The notes beneath the pieces were generated by a model that was not told where the DNA came from, searched no databases, and saw nothing but the letters and a program-made list of their open reading frames with translations. A stretch of DNA of 64,000 bases, from assembly GCA_019358935.1 (NCBI GenBank), contig JAHHIK010000034.1, forward strand, positions 1 through 64,000, in the 5' to 3' direction. This DNA is from Tolypothrix carrinoi HA7290-LM1 (GTDB lineage Bacteria > Cyanobacteriota > Cyanobacteriia > Cyanobacteriales > Nostocaceae). How positions within the stretch are numbered: position 1 is the stretch's first letter; each line of letters begins with the position of its first letter. Below are positions 1 through 9,527 of this stretch, one piece after another. Position numbers and translations under genes: made by a program.

Positions 1-113
1 GCATATATGGAAATTATTTCGTTTAGCATCTAGCCCTCCTTATTTTCTCTTCTTGGAGGGCATTTTATTGCTTTACTGTCCCAAAGCGATCGCCTAAATC
101 AATAACTAGCAAC

Positions 114-371
114 TTAGGTTAATAGTGCTTCATTGATAACCGTTTGGTAGCCAACCCCTCGTTTTTCTGCTTCTTCTTTTGCCCAGGCTATGATTTTAGG
201 ATGAAATCTGATAGAAATCGGCTCATACTTTTCCTCTTCGTCCTTAGCGGGTCGTCCACGCTTCCTTGGAGTAATCCCAAACTGATCTGCGATCGCATCT
301 CTGAATTTTTGGTTTTCTTCTGGTGTAACTCGTCTTGCTCTGTCAAAAGGAAACTCAGATTCCTGACTCAT
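114..371 (-). CDS. BrnA-like antitoxin (RHH C-terminus)
   Basis: MSQESEFPFDRARR...RGRP...ISIRF...GYQTVINEAL; overlaps the 3' end of the upstream BrnT frame. Confidence 0.8.
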   Translation of the reverse strand: MSQESEFPFDRARRVTPEENQKFRDAIADQFGITPRKRGRPAKDEEEKYEPISIRFHPKIIAWAKEEAEKRGVGYQTVINEALLT

Positions 372-631
372 ATTGTTGACACTCCCGGATGGTAGCTTTC
401 CTTGCACTAATTATCTTAAGAAAGCTCACCTCGCATGGTAAAAACAACCACAACAATTGAACCATCTTCCACTTCACCAATTGCCCATTCCCTTTCTTCT
501 CCTTGAGAATGGCTAGAGTCCTCCGTAAACAGAAGATAGGGGTCGGCAAAAACTGTTACAGCTTCCTCGAATTGAATGCCATGTTTCAAAAAATTTGACT
601 CGGCTTTGTTGTCGTCCCACTCAAAGCGCAT
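355..631 (-). pseudogene. BrnT family toxin, +1 frameshift near 416-425
   Basis: MRFEWDDNKAESNFLKHGI..VVVFTMRGELS* in one frame; the conserved C-terminus KIISARKATIRECQQYESGI lies in another frame. Confidence 0.8.
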
Positions 632-704
632 TTATAGTATATACCAAAAATATTTGCCTTTGCTATCCTACACCGACTTGGACTTTGGGATGGAGTGCGT
701 AGAA

Positions 705-932
705 GCGATGTCTGACTCAGGTCCGCTGTGCGTCTACGCATTTATTAGGGTTTGTGGGAGAGTGCGATAGCCGTTCGCGTAGCGTCTCGAAGAGAAGGCT
801 AATCGCTTCGCTTATCGCATTTGTGATGTTCGGGTGGTGCGATGTCTGACTCAGGTCCGCTGTGCGTCTACGCATTTATTGGGTTGAGGGGATTTGTGCG
901 ATGTCTGACTCAGGTCCGCTGTGCGTCTACGC
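705..932. repeat. Three identical 27-bp inserts inside HIP1 sites (GCGAT-GTCTGACTCAGGTCCGCTGTGCGTCTA-CGC), SDR-like
   Basis: Copies at 705-739, 839-873 and 898-932; a related copy at 12297-12332. Confidence 0.85.
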
Positions 933-964
933 ATTTTGGTTATTTTGGGGAGAGTGCGATTATC

Positions 965-1234
965 CTACTCAATAACCCGCATCTGTATCTGACTCAATTC
1001 TTCGCGCACAACTCGCCGTAAAATTTCCTCTAAAGGTTCTCGACGCTGTTGCACATATTCACGCAATGCATTATTTATCAAACTCTGATAGTTTCCACCA
1101 CCTGCAAGATGAACTTGTTCCCGGAACCACGTCAAAATATCATCATCTAAGCGAATTGTAATCCTTGTTTTACCTTCGGCTGTAGGCTCAATTGCTCCAC
1201 GTTTACCTTGACTAAAATCATACTCAGCATCCAT
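965..1234 (-). CDS. BrnA family antitoxin
   Basis: MDAEYDFSQGKRG..KTRITIRLDDDIL..NYQSLINNALR. Confidence 0.9.
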   Translation of the reverse strand: MDAEYDFSQGKRGAIEPTAEGKTRITIRLDDDILTWFREQVHLAGGGNYQSLINNALREYVQQRREPLEEILRRVVREELSQIQMRVIE

Positions 1235-1237
1235 AAT

Positions 1238-1510
1238 TTATACCTCTGACTCATATTGCTGACGTTCTTTCCTAGTTGCTTTACGAGCAGATATTAACCG
1301 AATACAACTTTCACCTCTCCACGTATAAACAACCACTATAATTATACTCAACGCATCCATCCCTATCGTCACAAACCGCTCCTCATCAGGATGTTCATCC
1401 ATCACAGTGATAGCAAAATCATCTGCAAATACAGAAACCGCATCCGCAAAGTCTATTCCATGTTTTTGGCGATTGGATTCTGCTTTGTTAGTATCCCATT
1501 CATACTCCAT
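1238..1510 (-). CDS. BrnT family toxin
   Basis: MEYEWDTNKAESNRQKHGIDF..IRLISARKATRKERQQY; 3 bp upstream of brnA. Confidence 0.9.
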   Translation of the reverse strand: MEYEWDTNKAESNRQKHGIDFADAVSVFADDFAITVMDEHPDEERFVTIGMDALSIIIVVVYTWRGESCIRLISARKATRKERQQYESEV

Positions 1511-1709
1511 ATAATTATAGTATGCACAAATGTACACAGTCTAATTTTTCTGTGTTTAGGCAGTCAAGGTTTTGCTTTTACCATCTTGGTGATGTGTAAT
1601 CGAATACGCTGGGATTGCGTCCAGATTGGTCAAGAAGGGATGGGAAATTAGGCGATCGCATTTGTGATGTTAGGATTTGTGCGATCGCACTACTAGAATG
1701 CAGGTGCTT

Positions 1710-3299
1710 TTATTTAGATGCTACTACCTCAACTTTTGCCTCGATCGCCTGATACGGCTTTTCTGCTCCTTGGGCTAAATACTCAGCTAACTGAGATTCA
1801 ATTTGATCGCGGACAATTTGACGATACTCGAAGAAATGTTCGATATGAGCGCAAGCTGAGAGGTAATGCTCTAAAGCTCTTGGGTTACGCTTGATAATGC
1901 TAAACAAATGATGCCAGAATTTCCACCGAGTTTCGCGTTTGATTCCTTGTCGCCAGATAATAATTAAGAATGCTTTCACAAGCACCAACTCTGGCATCTT
2001 CGCTGGTCGTGTCCAACTCGGACCACCCATCATCAGAAAGCAGCGATAGGTGCGGTCTAAATATTTTACGGGGTCGTATAAAGCACAAAAGGCTTCAATA
2101 TATTCTCTGGCAATATCTTCTAGAGGACGGGTGGCGATAAAGTTCATCAAGGTAGTTTGATTGATGTTGCCGTCTTGGTTTTCGCGCAGTCGTCCTTCTT
2201 TTTTCAGGCGATGCCACAAAGCTGTATTGGGTAGCGCTTGCAACATGGCGAAGGTAGTAGAGGGAATCGCCGCTTGTTCGGCAAAACGGACAATGCGATC
2301 GCCTGCACCTGCTTTTTCGCCATCAAAGCCGATAATAAACCCAGCCATCGGGCGCAATCCAGCTTTAATAATGCTTTCTACCGCATCAGTTAGCGAACTG
2401 CGGGTATTTTGAAACTTCTTCGTTAGTTGCAGACTGTCTTCATCTGGTGTTTCAATTCCCAAAAATACAGCAGCGAAACCGCACTCAACCATCAACTCCA
2501 TCATTTCTGGATCTTGCGCTAAATCAATTGAAGCTTCGGTGTCAAATGCGAAGGGATATTGATGTTCTGCCATCCAGACTTTTAACTCTTTCAGCAACAA
2601 TTTAACGTTGCGTTTGTTGCCGATAAAGTTGTCATCCACCATGAACACACCACGGCGCCAACCCAACTTATAAAGGCAATCTAATTCTGCTAAAAGTTGT
2701 GCTGGTGTTTTAGTGCGCGGTTTGCGACCATAAAGTACAATGATGTCACAAAATTCGCACTGAAAAGGGCAACCCCGCGAAAACTGAACTGACATCATAT
2801 CATAGGCATCAAATTCTAGTAAATCGAAGCGGGGTATCGGTGTAGATGTCACATCCGGTTTTTCGGTAGCGCGAAAAACGCCTGATGTTTCTCCTCGTTT
2901 GATTGCATCAATAAACATTGGCAGAGTAATTTCTCCTTCATCGAGAATGAGAAAATCTGCGCCTACTTTCTCAACTTCGTGGGGTACGGAAGTTGGGTAA
3001 GGACCACCTACCGCAACTAATTTACCACGTCTTTTTGCTTCTTGAATTTGGTCGAGTAAATCTGCTTTTTGGACAATCATCGCAGAGAATATTACTATAT
3101 CCGCCCATGCCCATTCTTCTTCAGTTGCGGTGCGAATGTTGCGATCTACAAGTTTGAATTCCCATTCTTGGGGTAAAATCGCTGCTACTGTTACTAAACC
3201 TAAAGGTGGTAATAAAACCTTGCGATTAACTAATTCCAAGATTTTTTCGTATGACCAAAAGGTTTTGGGAAATATAGGATACACCAGTAAAATTCGCAT
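1710..3299 (-). CDS. B12-binding radical SAM protein (DUF4070-type C-terminus)
   Basis: PPLGL B12-domain motif; SRGCPFQCEFC CxxxCxxC motif. Confidence 0.9.
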   Translation of the reverse strand: MRILLVYPIFPKTFWSYEKILELVNRKVLLPPLGLVTVAAILPQEWEFKLVDRNIRTATEEEWAWADIVIFSAMIVQKADLLDQIQEAKRRGKLVAVGGPYPTSVPHEVEKVGADFLILDEGEITLPMFIDAIKRGETSGVFRATEKPDVTSTPIPRFDLLEFDAYDMMSVQFSRGCPFQCEFCDIIVLYGRKPRTKTPAQLLAELDCLYKLGWRRGVFMVDDNFIGNKRNVKLLLKELKVWMAEHQYPFAFDTEASIDLAQDPEMMELMVECGFAAVFLGIETPDEDSLQLTKKFQNTRSSLTDAVESIIKAGLRPMAGFIIGFDGEKAGAGDRIVRFAEQAAIPSTTFAMLQALPNTALWHRLKKEGRLRENQDGNINQTTLMNFIATRPLEDIAREYIEAFCALYDPVKYLDRTYRCFLMMGGPSWTRPAKMPELVLVKAFLIIIWRQGIKRETRWKFWHHLFSIIKRNPRALEHYLSACAHIEHFFEYRQIVRDQIESQLAEYLAQGAEKPYQAIEAKVEVVASK

Positions 3300-3678
3300 G
3301 TAGTAGAAATCCTCACGTTATGGTTGTTTTTTTAACTGTAATTAATGTAGCTAAAACTCAGAGTAATTGACTTTTTGTTAGTTTTATTTTGTTTTAACAA
3401 TGATTTATGAGACGTATTAGCGATCGCCTGGTTCCTTATTTCTATATACTTGTGTAATTTGTTGCCCAAACTATCTAGTTGCGCTCAATTATCTCTCACC
3501 TTGGAAGGGTGGGGCTATCCAAACTAAGTACTGTTTTGCGTTATTTTATAGCTTTTTTAAACGCAAAGTTACGCAGAGGAAAGCGCAAAGGTACGCAGAG
3601 TCTTCATTCAGATTTTCAAAGCGAATACTTATACAAAGTTTTACAGAGCTTACCTGCGTGGGCTAATTGAGATTATTT

Positions 3679-4647
3679 TTACAGAGAATTGGTATTAGCA
3701 GGTTTAACACCGCTAATTTTTAAAACATCGCTCATGGTGGCGCAGTAATTTGGTAAGCCGAAAGTAGCGGGATTAATGGCATTTTTGTAAATAAAATGGC
3801 GATAATTCATGCAAAATCGACTCCAAGCATCCATTTGAATGCGAAATACAGCGATTATGACATTAGCTAGCGATAATGATAGGGGAATGCGAAAGATTAT
3901 TTTTTTACCAAGATAAGCGCAAACATCTTCAATTGCTTTATTTACTGTTAACTGCGCTTGACCTAAAACCAATTTTCGCGATTGATTTTCTTTGGGTGGA
4001 TTATCTATTAAATATCGCACGACTGTGGCAATATCTCGCCCGTGAATAAAGTGGAAACTACCGTCTACTTGCAAAAAACGAATTAAATCAACATATTTTG
4101 TAACTTCTAAAATTCCTGGAGAAATATGAGAATAAGGTTTGTCAGTTTCGCCACCTAAAACTAAAGTCGGAAAAACTGTGGTAACTTTGGGTGCGATCGC
4201 TAATTTTGATACTTTATGCAAACATTCGTATTTAGACTTAACATAATCTATCCCTATTTCCCCAGCTTCCTTTAATGGTTGTTCGTTGCGACCCAAAACG
4301 CTAGCGGTAGAAAAATAAATCACCTGTTCGCATCTGTCTGGATCTAGCAAACTCATTAATTCTAGGGTTTTCTCTACATTAATCTTAAATGTGTTGTCTC
4401 CACCCCAAGCCGTCGCTGTTAAAACCGCAGTATCAATTGTTTTCAGCAAGTCTGCAAACAAGCTAATTTCTTGCATATCACCCTGCAAAACTGTGATACC
4501 AGGACGTGCTTGAGTATCGACTTGCAGTTTACTTGGGTTTCTTACCAGCAAATACAACTCGTGATTCGTCTCTTTAATTAAAGCTTCGCTCAGGTAGTGT
4601 CCTACACAGCCACTCGCACCAGTTACTAAAATTCGCTTCTGGCTCAT
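3679..4647 (-). CDS. NAD-dependent epimerase/dehydratase family protein
   Basis: ILVTGASGCVG Rossmann motif, YVKSK YxxxK. Confidence 0.85.
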   Translation of the reverse strand: MSQKRILVTGASGCVGHYLSEALIKETNHELYLLVRNPSKLQVDTQARPGITVLQGDMQEISLFADLLKTIDTAVLTATAWGGDNTFKINVEKTLELMSLLDPDRCEQVIYFSTASVLGRNEQPLKEAGEIGIDYVKSKYECLHKVSKLAIAPKVTTVFPTLVLGGETDKPYSHISPGILEVTKYVDLIRFLQVDGSFHFIHGRDIATVVRYLIDNPPKENQSRKLVLGQAQLTVNKAIEDVCAYLGKKIIFRIPLSLSLANVIIAVFRIQMDAWSRFCMNYRHFIYKNAINPATFGLPNYCATMSDVLKISGVKPANTNSL

Positions 4648-4796
4648 AAATATTTTTTAGATTGTAGTTGTTAAACAGCGATTACTATTTTGAATGCATA
4701 TCTAGCAATTAACAACTACAACAACTTACTCACCAGGTCGGGACATAATCAATTTTTACAATAAATCGGGAAAAAAAGCAAGGGGCATAGGTAATG

Positions 4797-4847
4797 GGGC
4801 ATCGTCCAAGTGGGCATCGTCCAAGTGGGCATCGTCCAAGTGGGCAT
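4797..4847. repeat. 15-bp tandem repeat (GGGCATCGTCCAAGT)x3 within an STRR tract
   Basis: Direct reading. Confidence 0.85.
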
Positions 4848-5012
4848 CGGGCATGGAAAGAATCTCTTATTCCCAATGCCCATTGCCCAATGACGGCAGG
4901 TGCTACAACGCTCTTAACCCGCGCAACGCACAGCCAAACCTATGCCCAATGCTCAATTACCGATTAGCCATTACCAATTACCAAGTGTATATAAAGTGAT
5001 TAAGCGATCGCC

Positions 5013-5831
5013 TTACTTGCTTCCGGTGATGGCATCTTTCTGCACTTCTTTCGGTTCACCTCGCCAGCCTGTTTTCTTCACCCACTGCTCAAAAGTCATT
5101 AAATCAGGGTGAATTTTTCGCAGCGATTCGCGATCGCGTGGCATTCCGTACTCGATGCAAAAACGCAGCATGTTGATCACATCATGCACATTAGGAAATC
5201 CGAGCGCCGCATATTCTTCTAAAGTCATCGGACGGTACTCGGCAGGAACACCAGATACGCGCTCAAGGGTGGCGGCGATTTCTTGGAATGTCAAACTATC
5301 ACTGCCAAGAGGCAGCGTTCGACCACCCCACTCGTCTGGATGGGCAAACACATAAGCAGTAAAAAAGGCAATATCATCGAGTGCCACCATTGACCATTGT
5401 GCATTCGCTAAGGGTAGCCGGAAAATAACGCCTTCACGACCATCGCTTAATGTTCCCCGTTCGGGCACCGCAAATTGCTTGACATTCTCGATGTAAGGAA
5501 GCGTCACAAGCACAGTCACATGCCGCGAATACCAACCATCGGCTTCTTGACGCTTGAAGAAAGGCAGAGGGCAGGAGGCAGCTATGCTGAAGGAGCAATC
5601 GGATGGGGATTCAAACCCCAACCGATTGAATCCACCGTGTAGACGGTGGGGTTTTATACCCAGTTGCCTCCAGCCAGAAGGCGGAATCAAAGACATAATT
5701 TATACCTTCTGCCCTCTGCCCTCTGCCTTCTGCCTTCCGCCGAAGGCGGATAAATTCGTCGGATCGTCGCCAGTTAATTTCATGCTCCACCGCTGCTTTT
5801 GCATCAAAGTGGGGAACCGGGATACGACCGT
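5013..5831 (-). pseudogene. NmrA/HSCARG family protein; 5' part missing and interrupted by the 193-bp element
   Basis: Removing 5560-5752 joins GRIPVPHFDAKAAVEHEI..SDEF to FKRQEADGW..MVALDDIA..LTFQEIAATL..LMTFEQW; no N-terminus found. Confidence 0.75.
5560..5752. mobile_element. 193-bp non-coding structured insertion element, copy 1
   Basis: Near-identical copy (2 mismatches) at 55812-56004; precisely interrupts an ORF. Confidence 0.85.
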
Positions 5832-7210
5832 GTAAACTACCTACACCGTACCTGTACTCAGGTCGGTGTAGGCTTTTAGTAGCCCTGAAGAGTCTGTACT
5901 GAGATTACAGTACAAACCGTTCGAGCCTCCAGGCTGGTTTACAGACAGCCCCAATAATGCAATCATCTTTGCTCCGTTCAAATCCGCGTCACAGGATAAT
6001 TCACAATTGCCGCACTTGAACAACTTTTGCGAGCGCAAGCCAATATGTAGACAGCGGTTACAGGTTTGACTAGTGTAGGCAGGGGGGACGGAGACAACTT
6101 CTACGCCGTCCTTCAATCCCTTGTATTCCAAAAACATCCGCAATTGATAAAACGCCCATGAGTTACTTCTACGACGTTCTGTCTTGTTGCGTGGTTTTTG
6201 GTTTGTTCTTTCACGGATGCCCGTTAAGTCCTCAATGGCTACAAGTGCCTGTTCGTTCTTGGCTTGCTGGATGATTTTCTTAGAAATGTTGTGGTTAACC
6301 CACGATTGAAATCGTCTCTCACGCACGGCAGTCGCTTCAAGTCGGCAAAGCCGCCCAACGCGCTGCCTCCCCGATAGCCGTGCCAAAACCTGCCGACATC
6401 TACGACGGCTAGAAATGAGTGCGTGTGGAAGCTTTTTGTTGGAGAGACGCTCTGACTCTGGTGTATTTGTCTCTGGTTTGAGTTAACTGTTTCCCGTCCC
6501 ATGCGTCACCATTGCTTGTTACAGCTATATCGCGCCTACCAAGATCAACGCCTATGACTTTTTTGGTGGGTTGTGGGTCTGGAACCTCGTCTTTTAGCTG
6601 AATGTGGATGTAGTACTTACCATCGCGATGCTTGCACAATTGAGCGCTTGTTGGCTTGCGTCCCTTAAGCTTGCCACGTTGATAATTACCAGCATCAATC
6701 TTGATGTGTTCCCGACCTTGTAGGGTGGTTAAGCTAACCGTCCAGTCTTTCTCTCTAAATGCAAAAATTCTGGCATCATAATCAGCGGACGTAGGTTTAA
6801 ACGTTTTAACAGGCTTGCCTTGACGTTGAGCAGCCTTACGATTAGCACCAACCCTGGCACAAGCCCTAACAGCTAAGTTTGCAGCTAGCCCAAATATGAG
6901 CCGCAAATCCTCGTAAACAACGTTTTGAATAGTTGTCTTGCTGGTTATCTGCGGTTTGATAACTTCGTTTGTATAGTTACAAGCTTTCTCAAAAGCATGA
7001 AGAACCACTTCCAGTTTTTCGGACTGTGTTGGTGTAGGGTTTAGTTTGCTTTCCTAGCGTCAGTACTTGTTCCATGAGTTCGACCTTCTCACATGTGACT
7101 ACAATTATAGGCTACAATTTATCGTGTTGTGTTCCCGGAAAATGTTAAAAGCTCAACTGTCCCCATTCCCTCCCTGACCGACGGTCAACATTGGTCGGGG
7201 GACGTTTCGC
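5832..7210 (-). mobile_element. IS200/IS605-family tnpB-only element, decayed (left boundary approximate)
   Basis: Right-end hairpin CCTACACCG-ACCTG-AGTA-CAGGT-A-CGGTGTAGG followed by GTAGTTTAC; tnpB; hairpins at about 7170-7265. Confidence 0.75.
5841..7075 (-). pseudogene. tnpB: TnpB RNA-guided endonuclease with two frameshifts and a 45-bp in-frame insert
   Basis: MEQVLTL start; RuvC motifs VIGVDLG, AIEDL, DADLNGA; Zn finger CNRC/CGNC; frameshifts at about 7050 and 6412. Confidence 0.9.
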
Positions 7211-7366
7211 TTTTAACCCGCAATACAAGCTCGACACTGAACGGAGTACCGTTTCAGTGTGAGCCTCCTTGCAGAAACTAGTGAAGATAATCGCTAATGG
7301 ATAATCGTTAATAACTAATCGCATCACAATTAGCCCTTAACGATTACCCATTAGCGACAAAGAACG

Positions 7367-8425
7367 TTAAGTAACCGCTGTTAAACTCAGTTGTTTTGCT
7401 GTTTCAAAGAAGAAAGCGACATTTTCTTCTGGGGTTGTGGGTAGCACACCATGACCAAGGTTGAGAATATGACCCCAATTACCAGCTTTGCGAACGGTAT
7501 CATAAATGCGATCGCGAATAAATTCTTTGGAACCAAACAGTACACCCGGATCGAGATTTCCTTGCACTTTTACTTCTTTGCCCAATCTTGCCCGTGCATC
7601 TGCCATGTCTACTGCCCAGTCTACAGTGACAATATCCGCACCGGATTTTCCCATTCTTTCCAGCACACCGGCACTACCGCTAACTAGCAGAATTAATGGT
7701 GTATCTGGATGAGTTTGTTTGACTTGCTCAAACACTCTTTGTTGATAGGGCAAAGCAAAAACGTCATAATCTTGGGGGCTGAGTTGACCCGCCCAAGAAT
7801 CGAACATTTGTACTACTTGAGCGCCGCAGTCAATTTGGTAACGGGCATAAATAGCGATCGCATCCGCAAATTTTGCCAGCAATTGATGCAAAACTGTTGG
7901 ATCGGAGAACGCCATATTTTTAATCACGGAATAGGTTTTAGAACCTTTTCCTTCCACAGCATAAGCTGCCAAAGTCCACGGCGCCCCGACAAAGCCCAAC
8001 ACCGTTGATTGATTGTTGACTTCAGTACGCAACGCCTGCAAAATTGTTTTGATAAATGGCAGGGATGCTTCTGGTTCTAAAGGACGCAATTGATCGATTT
8101 GGGCTTGAGAGCGAATGGGTGATTGAATAATTGGACCTTTGCCTTCAGCAATATCCATTTCAATGCCCAAACCAGGTAGAGGCGTGACAATATCGGAAAA
8201 TAGAATTACTCCATCGGGCTGGAAAGCTAGCCAAGGTTGTAAAGAAATTTCAATCGCTACTTCGGGAATTTCCGAGCGATCGCGAAACGATGGATACTTT
8301 TCGCGTAAATCTCGATACGCTTTCATATATCGTCCAGCTTGACGCATCATCCATACTGGAGGACGATCTAACACTTCACCACGAGCAGCTCGTAGGAGAT
8401 GAGGAGCGCTTAAGGAAACACCCAT
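7367..8425 (-). CDS. hemE: Uroporphyrinogen decarboxylase
   Basis: [30 protein letters not shown] motifs. Confidence 0.97.
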   Translation of the reverse strand: MGVSLSAPHLLRAARGEVLDRPPVWMMRQAGRYMKAYRDLREKYPSFRDRSEIPEVAIEISLQPWLAFQPDGVILFSDIVTPLPGLGIEMDIAEGKGPIIQSPIRSQAQIDQLRPLEPEASLPFIKTILQALRTEVNNQSTVLGFVGAPWTLAAYAVEGKGSKTYSVIKNMAFSDPTVLHQLLAKFADAIAIYARYQIDCGAQVVQMFDSWAGQLSPQDYDVFALPYQQRVFEQVKQTHPDTPLILLVSGSAGVLERMGKSGADIVTVDWAVDMADARARLGKEVKVQGNLDPGVLFGSKEFIRDRIYDTVRKAGNWGHILNLGHGVLPTTPEENVAFFFETAKQLSLTAVT

Positions 8426-8514
8426 TTAACACTTCATCCTAAGTCATTTTTTTTATGCCACTGTTTAGCTTATCATTCTCGGATTACGCTTTTTCAGGAG
8501 CTTGCCGGAAAAGA

Positions 8515-8730
8515 GGAGGGGGGGAGGGGGGGATGGGGAGATGGGGAGTGGGGAGTGGGGATGGGGGGATGGGGAGTAGAATAAATTTTTCCACATGTAG
8601 GGGTGGGGTTCCCCCAGCCTTCCCCATTACCCATTTTCCATTACCCATTACCCCCTTCGGGGTTCGCCAGTCGCTCATGGGGGAGACCCCCAAGACCGCG
8701 CTGGCTCACCATTACCCATTCCCAATTCCC
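8515..8730. repeat. STRR heptamer tract with an embedded ~45-bp hairpin element
   Basis: GGGGAGT/GGGGAT and CCCATTA runs; hairpin element at 8664-8706. Confidence 0.8.
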
Positions 8731-8737
8731 CAGAGCA

Positions 8738-9484
8738 ATGCAAACCCATAATTCTGATTTTACCTTGACTTCAAACGATTCTCAGCGGCAAATGCTTTTG
8801 ATACCGCGATCGCAGCGTCAAAGCTTCTTTATCCAATTTTCGATTTTGACGCTTTTAGGATGGGTGGTAGGTGGAATTGCCAGCATCGCTTTAGAAAAAA
8901 CTATTGTCGAAAGGATACCACCAAGCATTTTCCAGCAACATCTGACGTGGTACTCTTTGGGTAAAAGCTTCAGCAGTAATTTAATTTTTGCCTTAATTTT
9001 TGGCGCAGATCAAGCGATCGTCGTGCGGCAATATGTATCCGGTTGGTTGTGGCTGCTTGCTACCAGTTTCGGTTGGCTGATTGCCAATAGCGTTTCTACA
9101 GCATGGATTAGCTACATTAGTGCGATCGCTGCATCGTCAAATTTGATATCTCCTAATGAAACTGTTATTTTGGGCATTTTGTCAACTTTTTTATATATTC
9201 TTTCTGGCATTTGGCTGGGATTTTGCCAATTTATGGTATTGCGACGCTACACAAAAGATGCTTGGTGGTGGACTTTTTTACCCTCAGTTTCATTTTTCTT
9301 CATCAGTATCTCGATTTGGTTGCTAACGAAAGTGCAAGATTTTATTCCCGAAGCAAACCGGACTCAGATATTGTATTTGAGTGGACAAGGATTTACTGCG
9401 GTGATTCTAGGAGTTGTACCAGCCATTGGCTTGTGTCGGCTGAAAAAATCGCGCCACACTAATGGTATTTCTAGTGCATCATAA
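8738..9484 (+). CDS. Hypothetical multi-pass membrane protein
   Basis: Several hydrophobic segments; start MQTHNSDF chosen downstream of the repeat tract. Confidence 0.75.
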   Translation: MQTHNSDFTLTSNDSQRQMLLIPRSQRQSFFIQFSILTLLGWVVGGIASIALEKTIVERIPPSIFQQHLTWYSLGKSFSSNLIFALIFGADQAIVVRQYVSGWLWLLATSFGWLIANSVSTAWISYISAIAASSNLISPNETVILGILSTFLYILSGIWLGFCQFMVLRRYTKDAWWWTFLPSVSFFFISISIWLLTKVQDFIPEANRTQILYLSGQGFTAVILGVVPAIGLCRLKKSRHTNGISSAS

Positions 9485-9527
9485 CTAGGAGTGTAATTGC
9501 TGCACATTGAGATCGAGGTGAAAAAAT

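Noticed and set aside
705..932. Three identical 35-bp repeats resembling a CRISPR array
   Set aside because: Spacer lengths are very unequal (about 99 and 24 bp) and low-complexity, no cas genes are present, and each repeat is an insert inside a HIP1 site.
1710..3299. Naming the radical SAM gene hpnP (hopanoid methylase)
   Set aside because: Family motifs alone do not separate it from other B12 radical SAM paralogs, and there is no hpn gene context.
4797..4847. 15-bp tandem repeats (similar case at about 47681-47724)
   Set aside because: No spacers; simple tandem expansions inside STRR tracts.
5554..5835. ORFs through the 193-bp element (5554-5835 +, N-terminus of 5013-5696 -, 55863-56051 -)
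   Set aside because: Read-through of non-coding repeat DNA; no protein-like features.
7230..7265. Hairpin GCTCGACACTGAACGG-AGTA-CCGTTTCAGTGTGAGC as a distinct ncRNA
   Set aside because: Cannot be distinguished from an IS left-end or REP-like hairpin or the hemE terminator.
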